The position numbers and the translations under genes are program-made. A stretch of 64,000 nucleotides of DNA from the human T2T-CHM13v2.0 reference genome, Homo sapiens: assembly GCF_009914755.1 (NCBI RefSeq), contig NC_060925.1. One strand, written 5' to 3'. Numbering within the stretch: the first letter of the stretch is position 1; each line of letters begins with the position of its first letter. Below, piece by piece: positions 1 to 21,438 of the stretch. Under the pieces are notes generated by a model. That model saw only the letters and a list, made by a program, of their open reading frames with translations. It was not told where the DNA came from and searched no databases.

Positions 1-364
1 GGCAGGGTTTCTCCATGTTGTGTCAGGCTGGTCTTGAACTCCCAACCTCAGCTGATCGACCCGCCTCGGCCTCCCAAACTGCTGGGACTACAGGCATGAG
101 TCACCACACCCGGCCATCATTTTGGCAAACTATTAAAACCTATAAGAAATCTAACTTATTTCAATGACCTAAAAGAATCAAACAAGAATAGTCTATTATA
201 CAGAATAAAACCATGTTTATCTAATCTTCTCAAGGACATAAACATAACAAACATGAACGTGCTCATTCATTGGTGGGTATTTTAACTCCTCAATAGTCCA
301 ACCCTCATCTGCTTTTCCTTAAAATTATTTCATTATTCCAGCTGAGGAGAATTAAATCATGTGA

Positions 365-691
<327 letters not shown>

Positions 692-864
692 TGAGTCACC
701 ACACCCAGCCACATTTCTTCTTTCTTCATAAATTTTTTCTGGGCCGGGAACAGTGGCTCACACCTATAATCCCAACACTTTGGGAGGCCGAAGCAGGAAG
801 ACTTCTTGAAGCTAGGCATTCAAGACCAGCCTGGGCAAGAAAGTAAGACCCTGACCCTGTCTCA

Positions 865-1041
<177 letters not shown>

Positions 1042-1234
1042 CTAAACAAATAAATCAACTTTTTTAAAAAACAATTTTTTCCCTTAACGGTATTTTCTAG
1101 CACCTAATATTAAATACACATGGTGGTTATTTCATGTTTTCTAGGAAACAAGTAACTAACATAAAAACAAAAAATAAATAAAATACACATGGTGTGTGTT
1201 TGATAAACAATGGAATATTTTACCTCTTTCATCA

Positions 1235-1452
1235 CTTAAGCTTTGCATATATTAACTCATTTAACTCTTTTAACAATTTTATGAGGTAGGTATTACTACT
1301 ATCTCCATTTTGTATCGAGGAAGCTGAGGCCCAGGGAGGTTAAGTAACTTCCTCATTAATATAAAGCCTCTATGCAGTAGAGCTCAGATTTAAACCCAGG
1401 CGGTCTTGGATTCTGCATCTGTGCTCTTAGCAATCATGCCACACTGCCTCTC
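1235..1452 (-). mobile_element. MIR
   Basis: MIR core reverse complement: tatctccattttg...gaggaagctgaggcccagggaggttaagtaactt. Confidence 0.8.
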
Positions 1453-1789
1453 AAACCCAGGCTAAACTTTTGCTTAACTGAGAAATCTTTCCACTGAAAA
1501 CATGGTTAATAATTAGTTTCATTATATTCAAGTAAACACCAAATTAGTACATCGCTTCCATACCAATTGTAATAATCTCTAAATTCTTCATCTGTTTATC
1601 ATTCATAACACAGTAATCATTCTTCCTATTTTCACAAACCATTTCTTATATAAATTTCCTAAACTTTACATTTCCTTTCACTTTAAATAGCTCAGTAACT
1701 TTCTAATTTTTTCATCCACCTGAAGTTACCGGGTTACTTTCTTCACTGTCTCATTCTTTTCTTTTTTAAGACAGGGGCTCCCTCTGTAG

Positions 1790-1927
<138 letters not shown>

Positions 1928-2863
1928 TGAGTAGAGACAGGCTTTCGCCATGTTGGCCAGGCTGGTCTTGAACTCCTGGCTTCATGTGATCTGCCCGGCT
2001 TGGCCTCCCAAAGTGCAGGACTACAGGTATGAGCCACGGCACCTAGCCCCAAAATATTGTTTCATTCTATTAAGCATGTAATATACAACTTACCAAATTT
2101 TGTAACTAAGTTTTCCTCTTTCCTTCTTCTAAAAACCATCAATGTTTCAACTTCCCCTTAAATTCTTTTTTATTTTATTATCTTTTTTTTGAGGCAGGGT
2201 GTCACTGTCACCCAGGCTGGAGTGCAGTGGCACCATCACGGCTCACTGCAGCCTCGACCTCCCCGGGATCAGGTGATCCTCCCACCTCAGCCTCCGGAAT
2301 AGCTGAGAGTGTAGGCATGCGCCACCATGGCCAACTAATTTTTTTTTTTTTGGTAATTTTTGTATAGGTGGGGTTTCACCATATTGCCCAGGCTGGTCTC
2401 GAACTCCTGGGCTCAAGCTATCCGCCTGTCTCCACCTCCCAAAGTGCCAAAATGCAAGGATTACAGGCATGAGCCACCACACCAGACCTAAATACTTTCT
2501 TTTGCTGAATGTTAAAACAGTATCAAAGTCAAAAATTAGAACCACTTATTCTGAGTGAAGCCAATAAGCACTTCACCTTTGAAGGAGCTCTAAGTAGAAC
2601 ACGAAAGAAAGTTATCAATATTTTATCTGCTAACATTTACACGGCAACCTACTTAAAAAGTTATATGGGTGCTTCCACTTCTGGAAAGCATTGTCTTATC
2701 TAAGAAGTCCAGATTTTCTCTTTGCCCTTCTAGAAAACACATACTATCAAGTGTCATCAAATATTTTTCTTATGTTTTATACCAATTAAAATTTAATAAT
2801 GGAGGTGACTGTGAAGGGAGAAAGAACAAAGAGAATACCCAAGCCTAGGTTTAATTTTTATAA

Positions 2864-3223
<360 letters not shown>

Positions 3224-3226
3224 TGA

Positions 3227-3510
<284 letters not shown>

Positions 3511-4539
3511 ACAGCAGCTCAATCATTCCTTTTCTCCAACCATTTCTTACAGTCACCACACTAAGCAAACAGCAAGAACTGACTCACCTCAAGCCATTAC
3601 ATAAAATTTATCTATTAGACAGTGAGTTAAAGTATCAAATAATTCTCATTGTGATGACCCCACATAGACTGTTGTCTTAAAGTCTTTCTGCTGTATTCAG
3701 CTCTAAGAAGATGTTTCTTGATGCGCAGTTAAATTTACAATAAATTACCTGAAAATTTTCTCAGGCATGCCAAAAATCACAAGATCTATTTATATATTTT
3801 AGCAATCTAGTGAAAACGTTCTTTACTTATCAAGAACTGATGATACTTAAACTTCCTTCCAGAGGTCTCTACTCAGTTTAATTTGTGATAGCACTTGTAT
3901 GTGAGACAGCAAACACTATACGTTTTAAGCAAAGAAAAATACTATAGAAGACTTCATTTTTTACAGAGTTTAAAGGAAAGCTCATTCTGATGTTCAGAAA
4001 TACAGTGGCTCGGGAGTGGTGGCTCATAACTGTAATTCCAGCTCTTCGGGAAGCCGAGGCAGAAGGATCACTTGAGCCCAGGAGTTCAAGACCAGCCTGG
4101 GCAACATGGCAAAACCCCATCTCTACAAAAATACAAAAGCTACTCAGTTGTGGTGGCATGTGCCTGTAGTCCCAGCTACTCGGGAGGCTGAGGAGGGAGG
4201 ATCACTTGAGTCCACGAGGTGGACATTGCAGTGAGTCAAGATCATGCCACTGTGACCTTGTCTCCCAAAAAAAAAAAAGAAAAAGAAAATACAGTTACTA
4301 AACAGTTTTGTTTTTGTTTTGAGACAGTCTTCCTCTGTCACCCAGGCTAGATTGCAGTGGTACAGTCTTGGCTCACTGCAACCTCCATCTCTTGGGTTCA
4401 AGCAATTCTCCTGACTCAGCTCCCAAGTGGCTGGGATTACAGGCATGTACCACCATGCCTGGCTAATTTTTGTATTTTTAGTAGAGACGGGGTTTTGCCA
4501 TGTTGGCCAGGCTGGTCTCGAACTCCTGACCTCAAGTAA

Positions 4540-4632
<93 letters not shown>

Positions 4633-4895
4633 TAGACTCTATCCTAAGGAAATAATTGTAAATATGAGATGACATTTATCTGCTAGAATATAAATTCCAT
4701 CCGGGCGCAGTGGCTCACACCTGTAATCCCAGCAGTTTGGGAGGCCGAGGTGGGCAGATCACGAGGTCAGGAGTTCGAGACCAGCCTGGCCAACATGGTG
4801 AAACCCCATTCTCTACTAAAAATACAAAAATTAGGCTGGGCACGGTGGCTCACACCTGTAATCCCAGCACTTTGGGAGGCAAGGTGGGTGGATCA

Positions 4896-5165
<270 letters not shown>

Positions 5166-7009
5166 TTATTCATTATCATATCCTCAGTGCCTAGAACAAT
5201 GACAATCACTTATTTACTGAATGGAAATAAAAAGATCCATAGTGTTACAGCAGTAAAAAACAGAAAACACTTATGATACATTATGCATTCATTACAATGA
5301 TGATGAAAATTTATGATTACATAAAAGTGCTTACACTCATTTATTTAAAAAACATTAACTTAGTGGCCGGGAGCAGCTTATGCCTGTAATCCCAGCGCTT
5401 TGGGAGGTCGAGGCGGGCAGATCACTTGAGGCCAGGAGTTCAAGACCAGCACGGCCAACTTGGTGAAACCCCATCTCCACAAAAAAATACAAAAATTAGT
5501 CAGGCATGGTGTTGTGCACCTGTAATCCCAGCTACTCAGGTGGCAAGATTCTGTCTCAAAAAAAATGACTAAGTCACTAACTTAGGCATTAAGAAGACTG
5601 GGTTCTAATGCCAACTCTGTCACTAATTTGACCTGTACCTTGGGGTAAAGGACAACCTATTTGGGCTCCAGCACCCTCGTATGTATTATTTCCTCCCCAT
5701 TTCCTGGCCTTGGCTGGTCTTAATGAGACTGGCTTTGGGTAGACATTACAGCGAGTACATGCCTGAGTTACCTCAGAAAGCAAAGACTAACACAAACAGC
5801 AGAGAAAAAGGGGATGCAACCTGGAGCAGATCAAATGCTGCATCCCAGTGGACTAGGAGATCCTCAGTGACATGCTCTTCAAGCCACACTGACTCAGAAT
5901 CATCCATTTTTAACTCTAGGACCTCAAAGCATCCTTGAACCACTTTACAATAAACAGCAAGTAATTTAGGTCATCTGAGTCAAGAGAACAATGCCATCCA
6001 GGGTATACCAAAATATCAAGCCCTACTGTCAAAAGGACCAGAAAATAAAGTACAGGTGGAGAGGAAGTGATTTCACCCGCTGGAAATAGAAAAAGTAGAT
6101 CTGTGTGTCAGCCAACAACTATCACACAATGGAACAGGATGCTTACCTCTCTGCTGGAGGAAAAGAAGCTATTCTCAAGTCCTTAGAATAAAAACTATTG
6201 TAATCTTACTATATCTATTTTATGTCATCTGAGAGCAATCCATGAGGACAATGCTTCCTCTTTCAGAGAATCTTCCAACTGAAAATCTCAAAGAATTCCC
6301 AAGCACCACTTGCCCTTCAACACCTACCTACACCTCACTTCTCTGCCCCACACTCACAAACTTTATTAGCATCCACAATTAAAGAACCATGAGGCCAGGC
6401 GCGGTAGCTCATGTCTGTAATCGCAGCACTCTGGGAGGCCAAGGTAGAAGAATCACTTGAGCCCAGAGGGTTGAGACCAGCCTGGGCAACATAGGGAGAC
6501 CTTGTCTGTACAAAAAAAAAAAATTCTCGGCCAGGCACGGTGGCTCACACATGCAATCCCAGCACTTTCAGAGCCCAAGGCAGGCGGATCACAAGCTCAA
6601 GAGATCAAGACCATTCTGGCCAACATGGTGAAACCCCGTCTCTACTAAAAATACAAAAATTAGCTGGGCATGGTGGCACACACCTGTTGTCCCAGCTACT
6701 CAGGAGGCTGAGGTAGGAAAATCACTTGAACCCTGGAGATGGAGGTTGCAGTGAGCCAAGATCATGCCGCTGTACTCCAGAGCCTGGTGACAGAGCAAGA
6801 CTCCGTCTCAAAAAAAAAAAAACAACTTTTTTTTAAATTAGCTGGGTGTGGTGGCACACGCCTGTGTCCCAGAGGCTGTGGTAGGAGGGTTGCTTAAGCC
6901 TGGGAAGTCAAGGCTGCAGTGAGCTATGACTGTCCCACTGCATTCCAGCCTGGGCAACAGGGTGAGACCCTGTCTTAAAACAAATAAATAAAAAACAAAA
7001 TAAAATAAA

Positions 7010-7170
7010 ACTCTGCTCTGCCACTTCCTAGCTGAGTTACTTTGGGAAAGTTATTGAATCTCTCCGTGCCTCCATTTTCTCACAATTATAAAACGGGGAT
7101 AATACCTGTTACACAGGATTGTGATAAAGATTAAATTCATCTAGAATGCCTGGGTAAATACTTAGCATAA
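7010..7170 (+). mobile_element. MIR fragment
   Basis: ttgggaaagttattgaatctctccgtgcctccattttctcacaattataaaacggggataatacct. Confidence 0.7.
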
Positions 7171-7429
7171 AATAGATTTCCAAAAATGTAAGGCCAATTT
7201 CTACCGAGGCCTATTCCTTACAAAGAAAACTGAAGACACATAGGAATTCTCATTCCTTGTAGTGATCTAAATTACCAAACCATGCAACATCTTAATATAA
7301 AAGAAATCTCAAGGAAGGAAATGAAGTTACTGCCTCATGGTTTTACTGACAAGCAGTTTTTAAATTGCAGGTTCACAGAGGGATTTGGGGGACCCATTAA
7401 TCCCCTGAAATTATACCTGATTTTGAGGC

Positions 7430-10020
<2,591 letters not shown>

Positions 10021-11069
10021 ACGTGTATATGTATATGTCTTTTTCTGGAAACAGAATTCACAGTTTTTATCAGATTAATGAAGTGATCTGCTACCCAAAA
10101 AAGGTTTCCAAATCTTTGTTCTCAAGCTTTAAGTGGTTAAGGAAAAGGGAATTCTATCCTAAAAGACCCCAACTCTAAAAAAAGCAAACAAAACCCCAAA
10201 AACACTCATACTATGACTTCGTATCTTACAAATGGCAGACACAAGTTTAAATTTCATACTCCCAAAACCAAATTTTGCTAAAGAAAAAAAGACAGTCCAC
10301 TACAATTTAATGGCTTGAGAAGCACCTTCACCCACTTTTCACAGAACCTTGCACACTAAAAGGTGTACCCAGGATGAGCTTATGTCTCTACTGCTTAAGC
10401 AACAAAGGGTGGCCAGCAGTGTGAAGCATTCACATAAGCAAATCAAAGTTCCACACAGCTCAAGAACATGATCCAATGCTCCACCTAGGTAAAATCCTAT
10501 CCAAAGTAGGGGAGTAGAACCAAAGCAAATCATAACCTGTCTAGCATCTATCCTTACTATGGAATAAACAGATATTTACTCAAAATACAACACTGTTTTA
10601 AAGACCTTGAGAAACCATAGAAGAGATGTCATTTACATGCCCCCTCAGTATGAACCATAAAGCGTAACAATGAAAGGCAGTCAAGCATAGGAAAACCTGT
10701 TAATGGATTTTGATAACAGCAGAAAGGCACCCACTACATTCCTTATTATTGCTGCAACATATTTCAAAGTTACTACTAAACAGGTCTAGGCTAATACAAT
10801 CACACCAAACACCAGAATTCAGCATATTACTTATCCAAGCATACATTCTTCAGACATATCTTTTATATTAAATCAATGACCATTACAGAGGAAAATATGC
10901 ACATCTGCTGTTCCATCTTTCTTGTTCCATCAGCAAGTGGATTCACAATGCAACCAAGTCCTAGTCCTTACCTTTCCTGGTTCCATTCTCCAACAGAGGA
11001 ATTTCAAGGATACAGAATCTATGACATACTTTGAAGACAAAGGCATTTTAAACTCTAATTAACTCATAA

Positions 11070-11402
<333 letters not shown>

Positions 11403-11409
11403 TAAGACT

Positions 11410-12830
<1,421 letters not shown>

Positions 12831-14184
12831 TCATGGTTGCCTCATTTTATAATTTGTTTAATCTGAGTCAGAACTGAAGCATTTATTTCCCTATAAAATG
12901 AAATCTGGGCAGAACAAATGCTATTTTATAGACCACTCATTTTGAAGTTAAACACAATATATAAACAAACATACACACCTTTAAAAAAAACAGTGCTTTG
13001 GCCAGGCACAGTGGCTCACACCTGTAATCCCAGCACTTTGGGGGAGGCCAAGGCAGGCGGATCACCTGAGGTCAGGAGTTCCAGACCACCCTGGCCAACA
13101 TGGTGAAACCTCGTCTCTACTAAAATTACAAAAATTAGCCAGGCGTCGTGGTGGGTGCCTGTAATCCCAGCTACTTGGGAGGCTGAGGCAGGAGAATGGC
13201 TTGAATACTGGTAGCAGAGGTTGCAGTGAGCCGAGATCATGACCCTGCACTTCAGCCAGGGCAACAGAGGAAGACTCTGCCTCAAAAAAAAAAAAAAAAA
13301 AAATGTGCTTTGGTGTATGGTTTTCCTTTATCGTTCTTAATTTAAAAGTATTACCAGCCTGGGCAACATGGCAAAACCCCATCTCTACAAAAAATACAAA
13401 AATTAGCCAGGCATAGTGGCGCACACCTGTAGTCCCAGCTACTTCGGAAGCTGGGGTGGGAGGACGGCTTGAGCCCGGGAGGTCAAGGCTGCAGTTAGCC
13501 ATGATGGTGCCACTGCACTCCAGCCTGGGTGACAGAGTAAGACCCTGTCTCAAAAAAATAAAAGCATTAAAAAGAAGTGCTGTATGTACAAGAAGTTTAT
13601 GGTTGTAGTACTAGATAGAGTACAAAAAAGAAAAATGGAAATAAGCCAAGTGCCCAATAATAGGAAAATACTTAAGGAATATACATGTGAAAAAAACATA
13701 ATACAACCATGTTATGTTAATGTGTTATAATAACATCATAACGTTATAATAATATAGTAATTTTTAATATATGTTAATAATGACTACATAGAAGCACAAA
13801 GGTGTTTATCAAGGAGTTTTTTTTTTTTTTTTTTTGAGACGGAGTCTTCCTCTTGTTGCCCAGGCTGGAGCGCAGTGGCGCGATCTCGGCTCACTGCAAC
13901 CACCTCCTCCCAAGTTCAAGCGATTCTCCTGCCTTAGCCTCCTCAGCAGCTGGGATTACAGATGTGTGCCACCACACCCAGCTAATTTCTGTATTTTTAG
14001 TAGAGATGGGATTTCACCATGTTGGCCAGGCTGGTCTCGAACTCCTGACCTCATTATCTACCTGCCTCGGCCTCCCAAAGTGCTGGGATTACAGGCGTGA
14101 GCCACTGCGCCCAGCCAGTGTTTTTTTTTTTTTTTTAAGAAGCTGTAATGATAGTAACAAAGAAGTCCAACCTTTATATTGCAC

Positions 14185-14520
14185 AAATATTTACTAACCA
14201 TGTAGCATCTATGTGCCTGACCAGCCCTGACAGATGAGGATTCAGGAGCAAACAAGACTCGTCCCTGTGCTTTCAGAGCACACAGGGTAGCAAAGCCACT
14301 GACAAGTACAGGTGGGATTACAGTGAGGCATAAGAGATGGCTCGGGGGAGTACAGGGGCCAGGCAGAGCACCCTGGGCACAGCCCTGAGGCTTTCCAAAT
14401 GAAATGATCCCAAAACTCAGACCTGAAGAATAAACAGGAGCTAAGAAGCAAAGGAGGGGGAGATAAACAGGTATGAATCAGTGGGTGCTCAGGGTGAGAG
14501 GCAAGAGAAGACATGAAACA
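14185..14520 (-). mobile_element. L2 3' fragment
   Basis: aaatatttactaacc...tatgtgcctg...aacaagac..gtccctgtgct pattern of a reversed L2 3' end. Confidence 0.55.
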
Positions 14521-14737
14521 GAATATGTGAACTATTATTTTTTAAAAAACTAAAGTAACTTCTATATTTGATGGTAGAATTTTTGGTAAAATTTATCTTG
14601 TATAAAATATGATACTAGGCTGGGCACAGTGGCTCACACCTGTAATCCCAGCATTTGGGGAAGCCGATGGGGGAGGGTTGCTTGATCCCAGGAGTTCGAA
14701 ACCAGCCTGGGCAACACAGCAAGACCTCCTCTCTACC

Positions 14738-14753
<16 letters not shown>

Positions 14754-14779
<26 letters not shown>
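14754..14779. repeat. (TA)n microsatellite grown from an Alu tail
   Basis: A-run followed by atatatatatatatatatatatatat. Confidence 0.9.
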
Positions 14780-14785
<6 letters not shown>

Positions 14786-16032
14786 TACTAAATGAAAGCC
14801 AAATACTTTACCAACCACTCTGGCTTCTCAAAGCTTATCTGTCCTGTGGCTACTACCTCTCTTTCCTTCAGCCTAACCTACTATCTGACCAAACACGAGC
14901 AGTGGCAGGAAGCAATTTTAACACGTCACACAGATGCACACATAACTCTTTATCAGGACTGACCAATACACTTCCCATCCCCACATTACAAATTTGGGGC
15001 CAAAATTACTCAGACAGAGATGTACTCTCCAGTCTCTGGCTGACGTGCTACCTTATTACCTCGCCCCAATTCCCTTCAGGTGCCAACAGACACTCCGTGC
15101 CTAGCATTCCAAGCCTGTCTTCTTTGGTCTACCTAACTTATCTGGCACTATTCCTCCCCACAAATTCTGTACTTCAACCAGGTTCTCTTTACTGAACGCT
15201 GCGCATACCATATGCATTCCTGCCTCAGGCCGACCCCTGCCTGGACTGTCCTAACCTGCTCTCCCAGTCTGCTATTCAAACAGCACCCATTCTTCGATGG
15301 CCCACTCAGCTTTTCAATGGATCTTTGGTCAACTTATTTAATCCACACCAATCTCTAACCTGAAACTGAACTAAATTTGTTATGCTAAACAGTAAGTACT
15401 TGGTTAAATTCCGCTTTTGTTCTAGAAATCTCTAAATGTTGTATTCTTGCAAGGCTTCCCTCCTAAATTCTGAGGCCAAAGATAGTAACTTTTATTTCTT
15501 TTGTATCCCACTAACAGCAACATTAAACTTGGAAAACACACCTCCCACACCTGTTGGCTAGCTGACAGATCCTGGATGGAAAGATGAGCCAGAGAGCATT
15601 CAGTGCCAGTTGCTTTTCTCTGGAACTGCGGGTTCAAGCACCAAGATTAGGACTAGACTTATGTGCTCCTTTGGGACAGGAAATGGCATATGTACTGAAA
15701 CGCGAGATAGTTAAAGGACACCCCCCCAAAAAAAATTAAACATGAGGAAAAACATGTGTTCCTAATGTGGGCAAACCCCACCATATTACAAGTCTCCCCA
15801 GTACCTTCTATACTATGTAGCTAATAATACAAATAAATAATAAATCTAATCTATTTGATAAATGAATAGATTTAATACCACTAAGAGAAATATGAAGGTA
15901 ATAGGTATAACCAACAGCCTAGAGTTTAATAAAGCTCCAAGGTAATCCCTGTATCAATTTATAAGATGCTAATGAATTATTTTTACAGTTTTTCAAATCC
16001 TTCATATAGAAATAAACTAAGCCATTTTCTAG

Positions 16033-16370
<338 letters not shown>

Positions 16371-17857
16371 TAGGGGTTTCATAATGAACTGAAAAACCAA
16401 ACACTGTGTCCCTTTCATTTGGCAAGAACTCCTTTTCCAAAGAAGGGACTCAGAAAAAATGAAATTACTTATATAACGTCTGAGAAATATTCTTAAAAGA
16501 CAACAAAACATACAGAAAGGTATTTTGGATTCAGGAGAATACAACCTCTTCCAAAAAGAGATTTACTCTCTACTCCCTAGGAACTACTAATGACATGGAA
16601 AATCCCACTCAAGTTACATGAGGTCACACACCCACAATAAAGGTAGCTGCCTGAAGGTGGTCTGCCAAGATAAACACCAACTTGTTAACTCCCTAAGTGC
16701 TATGCAAATGCCCAAGATAGTATATGCACACTTAATGACTCTCTACATTGTTGGAGCATCATGTTTCTACTATTACTACAGTTCTTTCAGTCTGTATTTT
16801 AGTGGGGTTTTTTTCATATCTGTTCCCCACTTTTCATCATGACCTCCAGGAGGGTAGGGACACATCTTACTCATCTTTATATCCCCAATGCCTAGCATTA
16901 TATCTTGCAAGAGACACTAAAAAAATAAAATTCTGCCAAATGAATGGGCAAGCCCAAAATATCACTCAGATAATCCCTTATTAACAGCCAAATGCCCAGG
17001 GGAAGGGAGACTTAGATGACAGCACCTTCCTAGAAAATATGGCCTGAAATTACAGATCATTTCTACAACAAGTTACATTTCACTTACTAAGCAACTGGTC
17101 TATCTTTTCAGAATAAATTTTACTTTTCATGATCAGTGTAAGTATACGGGAAGCATGATTATTCTGAAATCTCTTCTTTTCAAACTAAACACATAGCTCC
17201 TGGACACCCACAGGAATCATACGAGAAGAGGGAGAGGCAGTAGACATTAGTTTCAAACCTATAACTCTTTAAGAGTCAAACAAAAGTAGAAAATACTAAG
17301 AAAAGAAAACTTGTCAGAAACCAATTAAAGACAAAGGACACCATCATCTCCCAGAATTTATCATCAACAGAACAGGTGAAGCTTAACAAAGATAAATTAG
17401 GCCGGGCATGATAGTTCACACCTGTAATCCTAATACTTTGGAAGGCCAAGGTGGGAGGATCGCTTGAGCCCAGGAGGTCAAGGCTGCAGTGAACTATAAT
17501 TGCACCACTCCAGCCTGGGCAACAAAGCAAGACCCTGTCTCAAAAGAAGGAAAAAAAAAAAGAAAACAAAACAAAAAGACAAAGTATAAGAGCGCCTTCT
17601 TCACTTAATGAAGCCCAAGTTATAAATTCTTATAACCCATTAAGTTTATAATTGAAAGAGTATCAAGCATATAGCTTTATCTATGCACATAAAAACAAAC
17701 ATAAGTTCAGTAATTCATACCAGAAACCAGGTAATCACAAGTCCAACAGTTTACCTTATCTTTGAAATACACTATGTAGTTGGCTAATTTCACAGTAATC
17801 AATTCTTACGGGATCCTCTTATAATAGCCACTCAAGGAGAAAATTTCAAATACTGAC

Positions 17858-18042
17858 CTCTAATTCAATGTAATACAAATAAGAGGTCTTCCATCCAGAA
17901 TTATATCAAATGGCCACAATTCCTTTCTCAGTAACACCATAAACAGGCTGAAGCTCTCCACAAATCTTCTCTGTAAGTGGATCCCACGGTGGTTGTGACC
18001 CGGTGCTGAGCGCACATACAGTTACTCCTAGACAATCACCTC
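17858..18042 (-). other. RERE: Alternative non-coding 5'UTR exon (185 nt)
   Basis: Minus-strand acceptor tcatctgtcttcttttag|GAGG (AG at 18044-18043) and donor GAG|GTCAGT (GT at 17857-17856) in unique, non-repeat sequence. Consistent with recall of an extra UTR exon in one RERE isoform. Confidence 0.7.
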
Positions 18043-18201
18043 CTAAAAGAAGACAGATGACTATCACTGTGACTAAATGAAACAACTTCAAAAATGCAGC
18101 TCTGCCAACTAGTTTCATTAGCATTTTCCAAACAAAACAGGTGTCACAGACAAGCTCAAAATAGTCAAACTCCTCTCTCTTTGGTGCTTTAGCAACATTC
18201 A

Positions 18202-18702
<501 letters not shown>

Positions 18703-20256
18703 TCACAGATGGGGCTGAGGCTCACCTTCATGACAGCTGTATCAAAGGCCTAAATTTCTAAGGCTCAGAAATCACTACAATAAGCCTATCAACAGCATGT
18801 GATACTCTCCAAGCATTTTGCAACCTTAACATTTCCATCCTTTACAGTACTTTGATATCCTCAAAAGATGTCTTGGATTTCAAAGCCAGTCCCACAACAA
18901 CAAGGCTGGCAATCAGCATCCCAGAAAACTGCAAAGAGGTTAAGACCCAAGCAAAATGGACTTGGGGATGCAAGGAATTTGTCAGCACCTGTATTCTCCT
19001 AAGAAGTGGTAAAAATATGGCCGCTTCCTACAGGAAGAAACTATGCCAAATAACCAAACCAAAAGTGAGAAAACCTAAATTATATTAACTTCTCATGAGA
19101 AGAGGCACTTAACCAGATAACTCTGAGTCAGGACCGTTCAGAGGGCGGAAAGAAAGGACCCATATTAACTGTTCTAATTACAAGTTACTCTTTGACTCTT
19201 CAGATCTTATTTCCTTGATGATTAGACTGGAATAAACAATTTGAGGGCAGGTACTATAACACCTGTCATCCCAGCACTTTGGGAGGCCAAGACAGGTGGA
19301 TCACTTGAGGCCAGGAGTCCAGACCAGCCTGGCCAACATGGCAAAACCTCATCTCTACTAAAAATACAAAAAAATTAGCCAAATGTGGTGGCTCATGCCT
19401 GTAGTCCCACCTACTCAGGAGAGGCTGAGGCACGAGAATCGCTTGAACCCAGGGGGTGGAGGTTGCAGTGAGCCAAGATCGTACCACTGCACTCCAGCCT
19501 GGGTGACAAAGCAAGACTGTCTCAAAAAAAAAAAAATTTTTTTTTTTTGAGAGAGAAAAAAATGGCCTCTGAAGGCTGGGCGCGGTGGCTCATGCCTGTA
19601 ATCCCAGCACTTTGGGAGGCCGAGGTGGGCAGATCATGAGGTCAGGAGATGGAGAACATCCTGGCTAACACATGGTGAAACTCCGTCTCTACTAAAAATA
19701 CAAAAGTAAAGTCCCAGCTACTCCGGAGGCTGAGGCAGGAGAATGGCAGAGCTTGTAGTGAGCCGAGATCGTGCCACTGCACTCCAGCCTGGGCAACAGA
19801 GCGAGACTCCGTCTCAAAAAAAAAAAAAAAAAAAAAAAAGCCTCTGAAATCATTTCAGGAACTAAAAGCTAACTCTGGCTCTCTCTACATCTTTATATTA
19901 AAGGGTCCTGGACCTGTGATTGTTGAGGTGGCAGGGAAAACTGTTACCTGTTCCCATTCCTAATAGAAACCATCTTTTGATGCCATTCCCATTGTATTTT
20001 TCCACAAAAAATGTATTTACAGATTTCTGGGACTGAAAAATTGCTGAATTTGTTAAAAGAGAAGAAAAAGGTGGCCCAGCAAGATGGCTCATGCCTGTAA
20101 TCCCTGCACTTTGGGAGGCCAAGGTGGGTGGATTGCATAAGCCCAAAAATTCGAAACCAGCCTGGGCAACACGGCAAAACCCCATCTTTACAAAACAAAA
20201 CAAAACAAATAAAAAAAAAACTGGCCAGGTGTGGTGACATGCACTTGTAGTCCTAG

Positions 20257-20583
<327 letters not shown>

Positions 20584-21130
20584 TAGGCGATTCTTGTCTC
20601 AGCCTCCCAAGTAGCTGGGATTACAGGTGCCTGCCACCATGCCAGGGTAATTTTTGTATTTTTAGTAGAGATGGGGTTTCATCATGTTGGCCAGGCTGGT
20701 CTCGAACTCCTGACTTTGTGACCTGCCCGCCTCGGCCTCCCAAAGTGCTGGGATTACAGGTGTAAGCCACCGCCCCCGGCCCCCCACTTTTTTTTTTCTT
20801 TTTAGGAGACAAAGTTTTCTACGTTGCCCAGGCTGGCCTCAAATTCCTGGGCCAAAGCAATCCTCCAGCCTCTGCCTTCCAAGTAGCTGGAACTATAGAC
20901 ATGCCACATATCCAGCATGCATTTTTATATTTTCAAGGTATTTCCATATCTATTTGTTCATTTCAGTTTATGTACTACTGTCCCTATTTGACAGCTAAGG
21001 AAGTAGGGCACATAATCATACTTCAAGCCCATAGTTCAGGTGGAAATGGACTCTAGGTCTTCTCATGCCAACCAGGAGTCATGGCTTATTTTTCTTATGC
21101 ACAGAGGCTATCACAGTTCAGGACATTTTA

Positions 21131-21438
<308 letters not shown>

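Noticed and set aside
5811-5846. Inverted repeat gggatgca...tgcatccc
   Set aside because: An 8-bp stem is within chance expectation; too short for a miRNA or snoRNA.
10966-10975. Strong minus-strand donor-like AAG|GTAAGG
   Set aside because: No convincing paired acceptor; such motifs are expected by chance in 40 kb of intron.
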